From: Calditrichia bacterium
GTDB taxonomy: Bacteria > Calditrichota > Calditrichia > RBG-13-44-9
Direction: 5' to 3'
Length of the DNA stretch: 17,700 nucleotides
NCBI GenBank assembly: GCA_037381445.1
Contig: JARRQT010000193.1
Coordinates: 1-17,700 of the forward strand
Shown piece after piece: positions 8,322 to 17,700 of the stretch; positions within the stretch are counted from its first letter, which is position 1, and each line of letters starts with the position of its first letter. The notes under the pieces are model-generated. The model did not search any database. It worked only from the letters and a program-made list of their open reading frames with translations, and was not told where the DNA came from. The position numbers and the translations under genes are program-made.

Positions 8322-10709
8322 ATGATCAAGATAGACAAGAATCAAGAGATAATACAGATTCCCGAGACTTTGCCGATCATTCCGGTAAGAAATACGGTAT
8401 TTTTTCCGCATCAATTTATTCCGCTAGCCATCGGACGGCCGAAGTCGATAAAGCTCGTTGAATCTGCAGTAGGTGAAGACAGCCTGATCGGTATCGTCGC
8501 GCAGAAGGACGGGACAATAGATGATCCCAAAACAGACGATCTTTATAAAATTGGGACTGTTGCCCGGATTTTGAAGGTCATTGATCTGCCGGACGGAAGC
8601 AAGAGCGCTTTCATCCAGGGGATCATGCGGTTTAAAATAAAGAAGGTGAACCAGTCCAAGCCCTATTTTGTGGCAGATGTTGAGGCGGTGGAAGATGCTT
8701 ATCCGAAGGACACCATCCGCATCGAGGCGTTCGCCACCAATTTGAAGAACCTCTTTCAGAAGGGGGCTGATCTGGCGCCGGAAATAACCACAGAGCATCA
8801 GGCGATGATTTCCAATGTGCAGGAACCCGGAATAATCGCCGACATCGTCATAGCTTTCTCAAACGTGTCAGTTGCGGAAAAGCAGGAGGTTCTGGAAGCA
8901 TTTGATATTGAAGAAAGATTGAAAAAATCAACTTATGTTTTTAACAAATACCTGCAGACCCTGGAACTGGGAAAGAAAATTCAGAATGAAGTGCAGGATG
9001 AGATAAGCCGCAGCCAGCGGGAAATGTATCTGCGCCAGCAGATGAAAGCCATTCAGAAAGAGCTGGGGGATTACGATGAAGCCAGCGATATGGGTGAACT
9101 GAAAAAGAAGCTTGAAGAGGCTGACCTGCCGGAGGAAGTAAAGAAGGTGGCGGAGAAAGAAATGGACCGGCTGGGCCGGATGCATCCCGCATCGGCGGAA
9201 TATACGGTTTCCAGAACCTATCTGGATTGGCTGCTGGAACTCCCCTGGAACAAGAGCACCGAAGACAATCTCAAGATTCCGTCAGTCCATGAAAAACTAG
9301 ATTCAGACCATTACGGACTGGAGAAAGTCAAAAAACGAATCCTTGAATACCTGGCGGTCAGAAAGCTTAAAAATGACATGCATGGTCCTATTATCTGCTT
9401 TGTGGGGCCTCCCGGAGTCGGCAAAACCTCGCTGGGACGGTCCATTGCGGACGCCCTGGGGCGCAAATTCGTGCGGATTTCCCTGGGAGGCGTGCGGGAT
9501 GAAGCGGAAATCCGCGGACACCGGCGCACCTATATTGGCGCTTTGCCCGGACGGATAATCCAGGGTATCAAAAGAGCAGGCTCCAACAATCCGGTATTCA
9601 TGCTGGATGAAATAGATAAAGTGGGCGCTGATTTCCGGGGCGACCCTTCGGCAGCGCTGCTGGAAGTCCTCGATCCCGAGCAGAATAACAGTTTCAGCGA
9701 CCATTATCTGGAAGTCCCCTTTGATTTATCCAAAGTGATGTTCATCGCCACGGCCAATGTGCAGGACACCATTATTCCGGCCCTGAAAGACCGTATGGAA
9801 ATCATCGAGATTCCCAGTTATATCGAAGAGGAAAAAGTGGAAATCGCCAAGAAGTTCCTCATTCCCAAACAGATAGCGGCGCATGGTTTGAAAACGGAAC
9901 AGGTTAAGTTTGAGGATGAGGCATTACATACTATTGTAAATTCCTACACCCGGGAAGCGGGGGTGAGAAATCTGGAACGTCAAATCGCGACAATCTGCCG
10001 CGGCGTGGCCAAACAGGTTGCTTCCGGAAATAATAAACAAACTGTGATAAAGAGTGAAATGGTCCCCAATTACCTGGGACCCATCAAGTTCTACAGTGAA
10101 GTATCTGAGCGGATTGATGAACCGGGGATCGTAACGGGACTGGCCTGGACGCCCATGGGCGGGGACATTCTCTTCATAGAAACCACCAAGATGCCGGGTA
10201 AGGGCAACCTGAACCTGACGGGTCAGTTGGGTGATGTGATGAAAGAATCTGCCAAGGCGGCCATGAGCTACATACGGGCTCATAGCAAAGAGTTTAACCT
10301 GGATGAAAATTTCCATGAAAAGCTGGATATCCATATTCATGTTCCTGCGGGAGCAATTCCGAAAGACGGTCCGTCCGCCGGCGTCACCATGTTTACGGCA
10401 TTGGTCTCTCTGCTGACTGAGCAGAAGGTCCGCAATGATATCGCGATGACCGGTGAAATTACCATGCGCGGCAAGGTATTACCTGTGGGAGGCATCAAGG
10501 AGAAAGTGCTGGCCGCACACCGCTCCGGCATCAGGACAGTGATACTGCCGGAACGGAATGAAGCGGATGTTGCGGAAATCCCGGATAATGTGAAAAAAGA
10601 AATGAAATTCATTTATGTAAAAAATATGAACGAAGTTATTAAAAATGCCTTTAGTAAGAAAAGCCACGTGATCAAATCTCAAGAAATTGCGCCGCGGGCG
10701 ACGGCATAA
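8322..10709 (+). CDS. lon: ATP-dependent Lon protease (endopeptidase La)
   Basis: N-domain LPIIPVRNTVFFP, Walker A GPPGVGKTS, Walker B MLDEIDK, catalytic Ser in PKDGPSAG, Lys in GGIKEK. ATG 8322 is preferred (AAAGGT upstream); alternative start 8307. Confidence 0.98.
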   Translation: MIKIDKNQEIIQIPETLPIIPVRNTVFFPHQFIPLAIGRPKSIKLVESAVGEDSLIGIVAQKDGTIDDPKTDDLYKIGTVARILKVIDLPDGSKSAFIQGIMRFKIKKVNQSKPYFVADVEAVEDAYPKDTIRIEAFATNLKNLFQKGADLAPEITTEHQAMISNVQEPGIIADIVIAFSNVSVAEKQEVLEAFDIEERLKKSTYVFNKYLQTLELGKKIQNEVQDEISRSQREMYLRQQMKAIQKELGDYDEASDMGELKKKLEEADLPEEVKKVAEKEMDRLGRMHPASAEYTVSRTYLDWLLELPWNKSTEDNLKIPSVHEKLDSDHYGLEKVKKRILEYLAVRKLKNDMHGPIICFVGPPGVGKTSLGRSIADALGRKFVRISLGGVRDEAEIRGHRRTYIGALPGRIIQGIKRAGSNNPVFMLDEIDKVGADFRGDPSAALLEVLDPEQNNSFSDHYLEVPFDLSKVMFIATANVQDTIIPALKDRMEIIEIPSYIEEEKVEIAKKFLIPKQIAAHGLKTEQVKFEDEALHTIVNSYTREAGVRNLERQIATICRGVAKQVASGNNKQTVIKSEMVPNYLGPIKFYSEVSERIDEPGIVTGLAWTPMGGDILFIETTKMPGKGNLNLTGQLGDVMKESAKAAMSYIRAHSKEFNLDENFHEKLDIHIHVPAGAIPKDGPSAGVTMFTALVSLLTEQKVRNDIAMTGEITMRGKVLPVGGIKEKVLAAHRSGIRTVILPERNEADVAEIPDNVKKEMKFIYVKNMNEVIKNAFSKKSHVIKSQEIAPRATA

Positions 10710-10748
10710 GACTGAAGGCAATAAGAAAAGGTAGTTGAATTGTAAATT

Positions 10749-11690
10749 ATGGATCCGAGAAAAGACTATTATAAAATACTTGGGATCAGTTCAAAGGCTT
10801 CACAGGAAGAAATAAAAAGGGCTTACCGCAAACTGGCCAAGGAATTTCACCCGGACACACACGGCGGTGATAAAAAGGCGGAAGAAAGATTCAAAGAGAT
10901 CAGCGAAGCGAATTCAGTCCTGGGTGATCCCAAGAAACGGCGGGAATACGATCTGATGCGGCAGAATCCTTTCGCCAGCGGAGAAGGCAATTTCGGGCAG
11001 GGGGGCTATGGCGGTTCCGGTAATTACCGGGTGAATTTTGGAGAATCAGGCGGGAATTTTGGCGGATTCGATGATCTGCTGAGCAACCTTTTCGGATTCG
11101 GTAACCGTCGTTCCGGCTTCGGAGGTTCCAATAACGAAGACATCTTTAGCCGGACCCGTACTCGCCGGCCGCAGAGGGGACAGGATGTTCAATCAGAAAT
11201 CACAATCCCCTTTGAGCTGGCTGCGCTGGGCGGCGAAACCATGGTTAAAACGATGACCGGTAAAAATGTCCGGCTCAGAATACCTGCGGGCATTGAGGAC
11301 GGAAAAAAGATGAAGATTACCGGACAGGGTTATCCTGCCCCGCCCGGCGGGACGCCCGGAGATTATTATGTCATTATTCGGGTTGCTACCCATCCCCGTT
11401 TCGAGCGAAAGGGAAATGATCTCTATGCTTCGGAAAATATAAATTTTGCGCAAGCCCTGTTTGGATCCGAAATCGAAGTAACGACACTGGACCATAAAAA
11501 AGTGAAGATCAAAATTCCGGCGGCGACCGACAGCGGCAAGCTGTTCAGGCTGAAGGGGCTGGGAATCCAGAATGCAAAGGGAAGGGGCGATTTTTATGTT
11601 CGCATTGAAATCGAGACCCCGAAAAACCTGAGCCGCGGCACCAAAAAGGAGTTTGAGGAATGGGCCAAAAAGTCCGGACTTCTCAAATAA
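10749..11690 (+). CDS. Class B J-domain chaperone (DnaJ/CbpA-like, no zinc finger)
   Basis: J domain DYYKILG...HPD...RFKEISEA, G/F-rich linker with DIF, two C-terminal beta domains; no CxxCxGxG repeats. Confidence 0.93.
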   Translation: MDPRKDYYKILGISSKASQEEIKRAYRKLAKEFHPDTHGGDKKAEERFKEISEANSVLGDPKKRREYDLMRQNPFASGEGNFGQGGYGGSGNYRVNFGESGGNFGGFDDLLSNLFGFGNRRSGFGGSNNEDIFSRTRTRRPQRGQDVQSEITIPFELAALGGETMVKTMTGKNVRLRIPAGIEDGKKMKITGQGYPAPPGGTPGDYYVIIRVATHPRFERKGNDLYASENINFAQALFGSEIEVTTLDHKKVKIKIPAATDSGKLFRLKGLGIQNAKGRGDFYVRIEIETPKNLSRGTKKEFEEWAKKSGLLK

Positions 11691-11738
11691 AAAATAATGT
11701 CAGCACCATCGGGTTGTAACATTTCAATGAATACCGGT

Positions 11739-11757
11739 CCCCGCCCGCAAAGCGGGG
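11739..11757 (+). terminator. GC-rich hairpin after the J-domain gene, possible terminator
   Basis: CCCCGC-ccgcaaa-GCGGGG followed by a weak T-rich tail (cttgctgttt). Confidence 0.45.
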
Positions 11758-11843
11758 GCTGCTGTTTACAGGTGAATCAAAGGTCATATATGTTCATAAA
11801 CCATCAGATACTGGCAATTTCAATAAAACGGAATTAGATTGCT

Positions 11844-12326
11844 GTGACCGGTGAAAATAATCATACAAGGCCATCTTTTATTGTAGACAACATGCTGCGG
11901 GGACTGGCACGCTGGCTGCGTTTCCTGGGCTTCCCGTCGGAAATCGTCATGTCTGTCCCCGAGGCGGAAAAGATTAGAGACCTCCACCCTGAGGCAATCT
12001 TCCTTACTTCCAGCTATAATCACCTGGCGGATTTCGCCGGGGGAAAAAGCCATGCCGTTGAATCCGGGACGATTAAAGAGCAGCTTCATGAACTGGAAAG
12101 TGCCTTTGGAATTTTCGGCCGTATCGATCTGCTATCTATCTGCAGCGTCTGTAATGTCCCCATTGAACCGGCCACCAAATCACAGGTGAAGGATCGGGTG
12201 CCGGAAAAAGTATGGCGGTCATTCGATAAATTCTGGCAGTGCCCTCACTGCCATCGGATTTATTGGAAAGGCGGTCATGTTGAGCGGCTGATCGAGAAGC
12301 TGAAAAGAATGGATATTCCGTTATGA
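11844..12326 (+). CDS. Mut7-C RNase (PIN-like) domain protein with zinc ribbon
   Basis: FIVDNMLRGLARWLRFLG, CSVCN and FWQCPHCHRIYWKGGH motifs; GTG start uncertain. Confidence 0.88.
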   Translation: MTGENNHTRPSFIVDNMLRGLARWLRFLGFPSEIVMSVPEAEKIRDLHPEAIFLTSSYNHLADFAGGKSHAVESGTIKEQLHELESAFGIFGRIDLLSICSVCNVPIEPATKSQVKDRVPEKVWRSFDKFWQCPHCHRIYWKGGHVERLIEKLKRMDIPL

Positions 12327-12490
12327 AACGCGCCTAATTTTGTCTGCCCTGCCCTCCCGGAGAATTGCTCCCGCCGTCAGCAAGCTGTCACGAGAACTAT
12401 AATTTCATTTTTTCATTAAACAATCGGTTCAATTTCTTTTAAATTTGTTAACCTTTGAATTTGCAGCTTAAACAGAGAAAGGAGTTAATA

Positions 12491-13640
12491 ATGCTGGATG
12501 AAACATTATTTGCAAAGTTGAGCGAAAGAATAGACGCATTCAAACCTGAAATGATCGAGTTTCAGAAATCAATTACCAAACTCCGGGCCCTCGGTCCCAC
12601 CAGCGGTGGTGATGGCGAATGGGATAAAGCTATTGATCGTCCGGATCCCCGGCAAGTCGAGCAAACGGACCATTTGGATTATGGCACACACCGATGTGGT
12701 TCCTGAAGGCGATCTGAAGTTGTGGGAAACCGACCCCTGGCAGATCATTGAAAAGGACGGCAGACTTTATGGACGGGGCTCCGAGGATAACCAGCAAAGC
12801 CTGACAAGTGCTGTCTTCACCGCCCGCGCATTTGCGGAACTCAAAATTAAGCCGGAATTCGATTTGGCGCTGATTCTGGTGGCGGATGAAGAAACCGGCT
12901 CCGAGTACGGACTGGGTTATTTGCTGAAACACCATTCCTCCCTTTTCAAAAAAGAAGATATTATCATCGTCCCCGATGCCGGTGAACCGGATTCCAGCAT
13001 GATAGAAGTGGCCGAGGCCGGCATTGTCTGGATCAGATTCATCACCAAAGGGAAACAATGTCATGCCAGCACACCTGACGCGGGGATCAATGCCTTCCGG
13101 GCAGCTTCGAACCTGGTGGTAAGACTGAGCCGTTTATATGAAATCTTCCATGGCGAAAACAAACTTTTTTCACCCTCCCACAGCACCTTCGAACCAACCA
13201 AAAAAGAAGCCAATGTCCCCAATGTGAATACCATTCCCGGCGAGGATATTTTCTATTTGGACTGCCGCCTGCTCCCGCAGTACAAGGTGGATGATCTGTT
13301 CAGGGAAATACGGCAGATTTGTGACGGGATTGAAAAGGAATTTGGCGTGAAGATATCTTTTGACACCACGCAGCGGGAAGACGCCGCGCCCGCCACGGAG
13401 GCCAGCGCGCCGGTAGTGCAAAAACTGAAAAAGGCCATCAAAAAGGTTTATGAAGTCGACGCAAAACCGATGGGGATCGGCGGCGGCACGGTAGCAGCGG
13501 TATTCAGACGGGCCGGCTTGCCCGCGGCGGTCTGGTCCACAATTGATGACGTATGCCATCAGCCCAATGAATATTGCCTCATCGACAATATGGTGAATGA
13601 CGCGAAGGTCTTCGCCCACGTTTGCCTGCAGGCGGATTGA
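12491..13640 (+). pseudogene. M20 family metallohydrolase (DapE/ArgE-like), frameshifted near the 5' end in this sequence
   Basis: SD AAGGAG before ATG 12491. MLDE...RALGPTSGGDGEWDKA is in one frame; LIVRIPGK...HTDVV...GRGSEDN...DEE...GKQCHAS...GGGT...HQPNE is in the +1 frame from about 12633. Pseudogene versus sequence error is unresolved. Confidence 0.85.
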
Positions 13641-13671
13641 TCCGGCACGCAGTTTTCTGCTAAACCTGCCA

Positions 13672-13706
13672 AAAAGGCAGCTGTTTTTGCAAAGCAGCTG
13701 CCTTTT
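13672..13706. terminator. Strong, probably bidirectional, intrinsic terminator
   Basis: Perfect 12-bp arms AAAAGGCAGCTG / CAGCTGCCTTTT with A and T tracts at the ends, 31 nt after the M20 stop. Confidence 0.8.
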
Positions 13707-13777
13707 CCAGTGTTCCCTCCCCAGAAGCGCGATGAGAAGCAACCCCTTTCGATGCTGAAGGTTTTTATGGCATTCGC

Positions 13778-13806
13778 TTGCGAATACTATCCGTATTCAT
13801 TAGATT
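13778..13806 (+). promoter_or_regulatory. Putative sigma-70 promoter giving a near-leaderless transcript
   Basis: TTGCGA-N17-TAGATT ends 8 nt before ATG 13815, which has no SD. Confidence 0.5.
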
Positions 13807-13814
13807 TGCCCCCT

Positions 13815-13892
13815 ATGGAAAATTATGATGTCATTGTCATCGGAGGCGGTCCCGCAGGTTTGATGGCGGCCGGACAGGCTGCTGAAATGGGA
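13815..13892 (+). pseudogene. N-terminal remnant of an FAD-dependent oxidoreductase (HI0933/BaiN-like)
   Basis: MENYDVIVIGGGPAGLMAAGQAAEMG is a canonical GxGxxG dinucleotide-binding start. Similarity stops after about 26 codons and the frame ends at 13961 inside the next gene. Confidence 0.8.
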
Positions 13893-13930
13893 ATATCCGA
13901 TTTAATTTTTTCACAAAAACCGGGAGAGCA

Positions 13931-15109
13931 ATGTTTTCCGAACGATCCCGCTGGCCGATGAGCCCCAATCCGCTGATTAGTCTGCTGGAAAAGAAGCGCA
14001 ACGCCGGAGAGCAGATTTTCGATCTGACCGAGTCCAACCCAACCAGGGCAGGTTTCCAATATGATCCGGATGTCATTTTGGGCGCCCTGAACGCTCCCCG
14101 CTCCCTGATTTACGAACCATCCCCGCAGGGACTGCCGGAAACGCGCCGCGCCATTGCCGGGTATTATCAGGATCGCGGCGTACCTGTCGATCCGGACTCG
14201 CTATTTCTGACCGCCAGTACCAGCGAAGCTTATGCCTTCCTATTCAAGCTGCTGGCCAATCCCGGAGACGAAATCTTGATCCCTGCGCCCGGTTACCCGT
14301 TATTCGAATTCCTCTCTCAACTCGAATCCGTAAAATTCCATTCTTATCCGTCTTCATATGATTCGGAAAACGGCTGGCAAATTGATCTCGAAATACTGAG
14401 CGCCACCATCAGCACCAAAACGGTGGCGATTGTGGTAGTGAATCCCAACAATCCAACCGGGGTTTATCTCAAGGAATATGAATTTGAATTCATAAATCAA
14501 TTGTGCATGGATCATAAGCTGGCATTGATTATCGATGAAGTGTTTTGGGATTACCGTACCGCAACCCATTTGAAAAATATTTCGGAAGGTCTGAATAATC
14601 CCCGGGCCCTGACTTTTGTGTTGAATGGATTCTCGAAACTGCTGGGCTTGCCGCAGTTGAAGCTGGGATGGATTCATCTCAACGGCCCCGAGGAACTCCG
14701 TTCCGAAGCCCGTGCCCGTCTGGAGATTATCGCCGACACTTATCTCTCGGTTTCAACGCCGGTTCAGCATGCCGCGGAAAGGCTATTCACGCAAAAGGAC
14801 ACCATTCAGGAACAAATCCTTTCCAGAATTCAAACAAATTTATTCTTTCTGAATGAAGAGACACCAAAGGCCCCCGGCTGGCATGTATTACGGCGGGAGG
14901 GCGGCTGGTACGCCGTCCTGCAAATCCCCGAGCACATTTCCGATGAAGAAATGACTATAAATTTATTGGAGAAAGAAAACGTGCTGATTCATCCCGGATA
15001 TTTTTATGATTTCCCGGGCGATAATTGCCTGGTGCTGAGCCTGCTCACAGCCGTGGACATCTTTCGCGAAGGTGTTATCAAAATGCTGAAGTGCCGGGAC
15101 AAAGAGTGA
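13931..15109 (+). CDS. PLP-dependent aminotransferase, class I/II
   Basis: Motifs DLTESNPT, PGYPLF, NPNNPTG, IIDEVF, PLP lysine in GFSKLLGLPQLKLGW, and HPGYFY; SD GGGAG at 13922-13926. Confidence 0.94.
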   Translation: MFSERSRWPMSPNPLISLLEKKRNAGEQIFDLTESNPTRAGFQYDPDVILGALNAPRSLIYEPSPQGLPETRRAIAGYYQDRGVPVDPDSLFLTASTSEAYAFLFKLLANPGDEILIPAPGYPLFEFLSQLESVKFHSYPSSYDSENGWQIDLEILSATISTKTVAIVVVNPNNPTGVYLKEYEFEFINQLCMDHKLALIIDEVFWDYRTATHLKNISEGLNNPRALTFVLNGFSKLLGLPQLKLGWIHLNGPEELRSEARARLEIIADTYLSVSTPVQHAAERLFTQKDTIQEQILSRIQTNLFFLNEETPKAPGWHVLRREGGWYAVLQIPEHISDEEMTINLLEKENVLIHPGYFYDFPGDNCLVLSLLTAVDIFREGVIKMLKCRDKE

Positions 15110-15485
15110 TAATTTCCGCCCGCCGACGAAGGGAATTTTGATCAATAAAAGAAGGAAGAGAGTCATTCCGGCCAAGCCTTCTGTTACGGAAATCCTGTCC
15201 AATGAAACTCAAATCGCTCAAATGCGTGTAAATAAACAGTTTTAAATACCAGTTAAGAGGCTTTCTATTTTATTTGAATGGATTGACATGTAGCCGCTTT
15301 GCAGATAAAACGGATTGAATAATATAGTATGACATATTAACTTACAATCGTCGACTCAGGATTTTCATGAAAGAGTATCTGATTTTTCTTACATTATGAT
15401 TGTTTGCGTTTGGCAGATCAGCGGAAACATGCTAATACGCCCCTGTTGGGGAATTCGGAATAAAAAAGGAAAGCAGTCTTAGCGC

Positions 15486-16565
15486 ATGAACAACATTACC
15501 CGGGATTTTCCTGATTTTTCCAGAAAAGTATTATTTATATCCGGAATGCTTTTCATTCTGGCGATAGCGTTTTACCTCCTCTGGCACCTGTTTCACGTCA
15601 TTTTATTGATTTTTTCCGGCATTCTTCTGGCTGTTTTGCTGGATGGATTGTCCACCTATTTAAAGAAAAAATCCGGCATTCCCCATGGTTTCGCCCTGTT
15701 GATTGTGGTGGTCCTGATTACCGCTTTTTTCTTCATTGTATTCTGGATCACAGGCCCGCGAATCATTGAGCAATTCAGTCTTTTAGGGCAGCGCATCCCG
15801 GCTGCCTTTGACAGTTTTCGCTCCTACCTGGAAAAATATTCCTGGGGCAAAAAATTAATTTCAGAAATATCCACTCCGGGAAAAATTCTGCCTATGGGGA
15901 CCTCCATTCTGGGCGGCCTCACCGGCGCTTTTACTACTGTTCTGGACATCGCTACCGGCATCCTGATTATTTTGTTTGTGGGAATCTATGCCGCCGCCTC
16001 GCCGGGATTGTATGTAAGCAACATCATCCGGATTTTCCCCCAGGACAAGAGGGAACGCGCCCGTGAGATTTTCAAATCTGAGGGTCAGGCGCTGCATTGG
16101 TGGCTGATCGGTCGTTTTATTTCAATGGGATTAGTGGGTATCCTGACCATCATTGGCCTCACCATCGCGGGTATTCCGCTGGTGCTGGTGCTGGGTTTTA
16201 TCGCGGCGCTTTTCTCATTTGTACCATATATCGGCGCCTGGCTGTCCGCCGTGCCAGCAGGACTGGTAGCTCTGGCAGAAAGCCCGCAGAAACTTTTTTA
16301 TGTCGCATTAGTGTATCTGGGCGTCCACCTGTTCGAAGGCTATCTCATCACGCCGCTTATCCAGAAGCGGGCGGTCTCACTACCCCCGGCCCTACTGCTC
16401 ACCATGCAGATTATTATGGGAGTACTAGCGGGCGCTATTGGCATCCTGCTCGCGACGCCTCTGGCAGTAGCGGTTATCGTCCTGATTCAGATGATCTATG
16501 TCCAGGACATTCTGGGCGAAAAATGCAAAGTGCTGGGGACACATAAGGCACAGCCGCCGCGGTAA
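15486..16565 (+). CDS. AI-2E (PerM/UPF0118) family transporter
   Basis: Multiple TM segments; motifs FSFVPYIG, EGYLITPLIQ, LPP and GILLATP. Confidence 0.93.
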   Translation: MNNITRDFPDFSRKVLFISGMLFILAIAFYLLWHLFHVILLIFSGILLAVLLDGLSTYLKKKSGIPHGFALLIVVVLITAFFFIVFWITGPRIIEQFSLLGQRIPAAFDSFRSYLEKYSWGKKLISEISTPGKILPMGTSILGGLTGAFTTVLDIATGILIILFVGIYAAASPGLYVSNIIRIFPQDKRERAREIFKSEGQALHWWLIGRFISMGLVGILTIIGLTIAGIPLVLVLGFIAALFSFVPYIGAWLSAVPAGLVALAESPQKLFYVALVYLGVHLFEGYLITPLIQKRAVSLPPALLLTMQIIMGVLAGAIGILLATPLAVAVIVLIQMIYVQDILGEKCKVLGTHKAQPPR

Positions 16566-16788
16566 CTTTCTGGATATTACAACGTGGTGATTTGTTATCA
16601 TTCTGGACTTTGCCTATCAGATTTCCATTTAATAAATCGGATTTTGTTGAATATAAAGAGAGATCCGGGGCGAATCCACAAACTCCGGAACTCATGAAAT
16701 TAACACAGATTCGCTTTTCGCAGTCCGCGGGAGGAAGACAATTTCGCCCTGAAACAGCGGACCCTGCGCATATTTCGCTCTTCATCTT

Positions 16789-17700
16789 TCACTTTACCAG
16801 TCTGAAAATGGGATAGACGCTTCTCTCCTTCAGATAATCAAATTGGTATTTGCGGCCGCTGCTTTCCGCAACAATGCTGAAACTCGATTCCGGTTCCAGA
16901 ATAAGCGGCAAAACAAGCCGCGCCGGCTGATTCAAATAGACGATAACGCTTCCCTTACCAAATTTATGCAGTTCGCTTTTGACCCGGACATCCACATACG
17001 GCAGCTCCATCTCCTCTTCCATCCGGGTGGTCACATGTTTCAACAGGTAATATTCAACCCGAATCAGACTGTCCCTCTGCAAAGGAAGCATCTTTATCCG
17101 GTGGCGTTCCAGCAGCTTTATCAGCTCTCCCTGATCTGCGGGAATAACATAACCTTCCGGCTGTTCTATGCTTTTCTTGACCCTGACCAGCGAATGGAAA
17201 TTCCCCAATTCTTTTATTTCGTGATGCCAGGTATGGAGGTTGAAAATCGGAAAATTCAGGACTGCATTTGTGGAATCAAGGAAATATTCCATCTGGATAT
17301 CCGACCAGACAGGCGAAGTGTGCGATTCCTGCAGCAATTGATTCCGGCTTTCCGAGACAATTTTCATAATCTGCTCTTTATTTTCCGCCACAGTCTGCAG
17401 GAGAGAAAGCATGGCGGTCAGTTGTCCCTCTGCGCGCCGCCTTATTTTGGTGGTCAGATCTGCGTAACGTTTTCCCTCGATAATAAATGAGAAGGTATTA
17501 TAAATCCCCAGGCTCTGCCGCCCGTCATTTATTTCTACGGTGCTGTAACGCATTCGGGAACCTTCGAACGGATCGCCCACTACATAGCGGTGAAAGGTGA
17601 ATCCGGCATTTTTAACTTTTTCACCCACGGTCGGGATAAAGACCGATTTGGTAAAATCAATGATCTGCGCATCAATATTCAGATTGGTCACCCCGCCCAA
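16789..17700 (-). CDS. M14 zinc carboxypeptidase-like protein, C-terminal part (5' end outside window)
   Basis: Frame open to the window edge. GRQSLGIYNTFSFIIEG resembles the catalytic Glu region; PEGYVIP...LLERHRI and GSVIVYLNQP...LILEPES are typical of bacterial M14-like C-terminal extensions. The zinc-binding HxxE is not visible. Confidence 0.65.
   Translation of the reverse strand: MGGVTNLNIDAQIIDFTKSVFIPTVGEKVKNAGFTFHRYVVGDPFEGSRMRYSTVEINDGRQSLGIYNTFSFIIEGKRYADLTTKIRRRAEGQLTAMLSLLQTVAENKEQIMKIVSESRNQLLQESHTSPVWSDIQMEYFLDSTNAVLNFPIFNLHTWHHEIKELGNFHSLVRVKKSIEQPEGYVIPADQGELIKLLERHRIKMLPLQRDSLIRVEYYLLKHVTTRMEEEMELPYVDVRVKSELHKFGKGSVIVYLNQPARLVLPLILEPESSFSIVAESSGRKYQFDYLKERSVYPIFRLVK

Noticed and set aside
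12620..12640. Programmed ribosomal frameshift in the M20 gene
   Set aside because: No slippery sequence or adjacent stop, and a conserved segment seems to be missing, which recoding would not restore.
12455..12706. 83-aa ORF as a separate small protein
   Set aside because: It is the true N-terminus of the M20 gene (from 12491) plus an out-of-frame tail.
16474..16816. Short ORFs between the AI-2E and M14-like genes
   Set aside because: They overlap neighbouring genes, have no motif and atypical composition.
1..17700. CRISPR array, tRNA, rRNA, IS or prophage
   Set aside because: No regularly spaced repeats, cloverleaf or rRNA-like sequence, and no transposase, integrase or phage genes seen by eye.

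Overview
Bacterial chromosomal window of moderate GC with AT-rich spacers, carrying mostly housekeeping genes. I see no mobile element, CRISPR array, rRNA or tRNA. In order: a minus-strand Cys-motif cluster (DUF1858-like, DUF6132-like, and a membrane-anchored thioredoxin missed by the ORF track), an orphan RsbW-like anti-sigma kinase, a secreted hypothetical protein, an orphan MalK/MsmX-type ABC ATPase, an N-terminally extended TrkH/KtrB K+ transporter, an AmmeMemoRadiSam radical SAM gene, a small membrane protein-lon-dnaJ(class B) operon, a Mut7-C protein, an M20 metallohydrolase, a class I/II aminotransferase, an AI-2E transporter and the 3' part of an M14-like peptidase. Two things stand out. 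First, three genes carry clean 5' lesions: apparent +1 frameshifting deletions in the radical SAM and M20 genes, and a 26-codon flavoprotein stub. Second, a candidate sigma-54 promoter with clustered TGACA/TGTCA palindromes lies upstream of the lon operon. All family assignments come from motif recognition by eye, not database searches. I cannot support a claim of a wholly new system.
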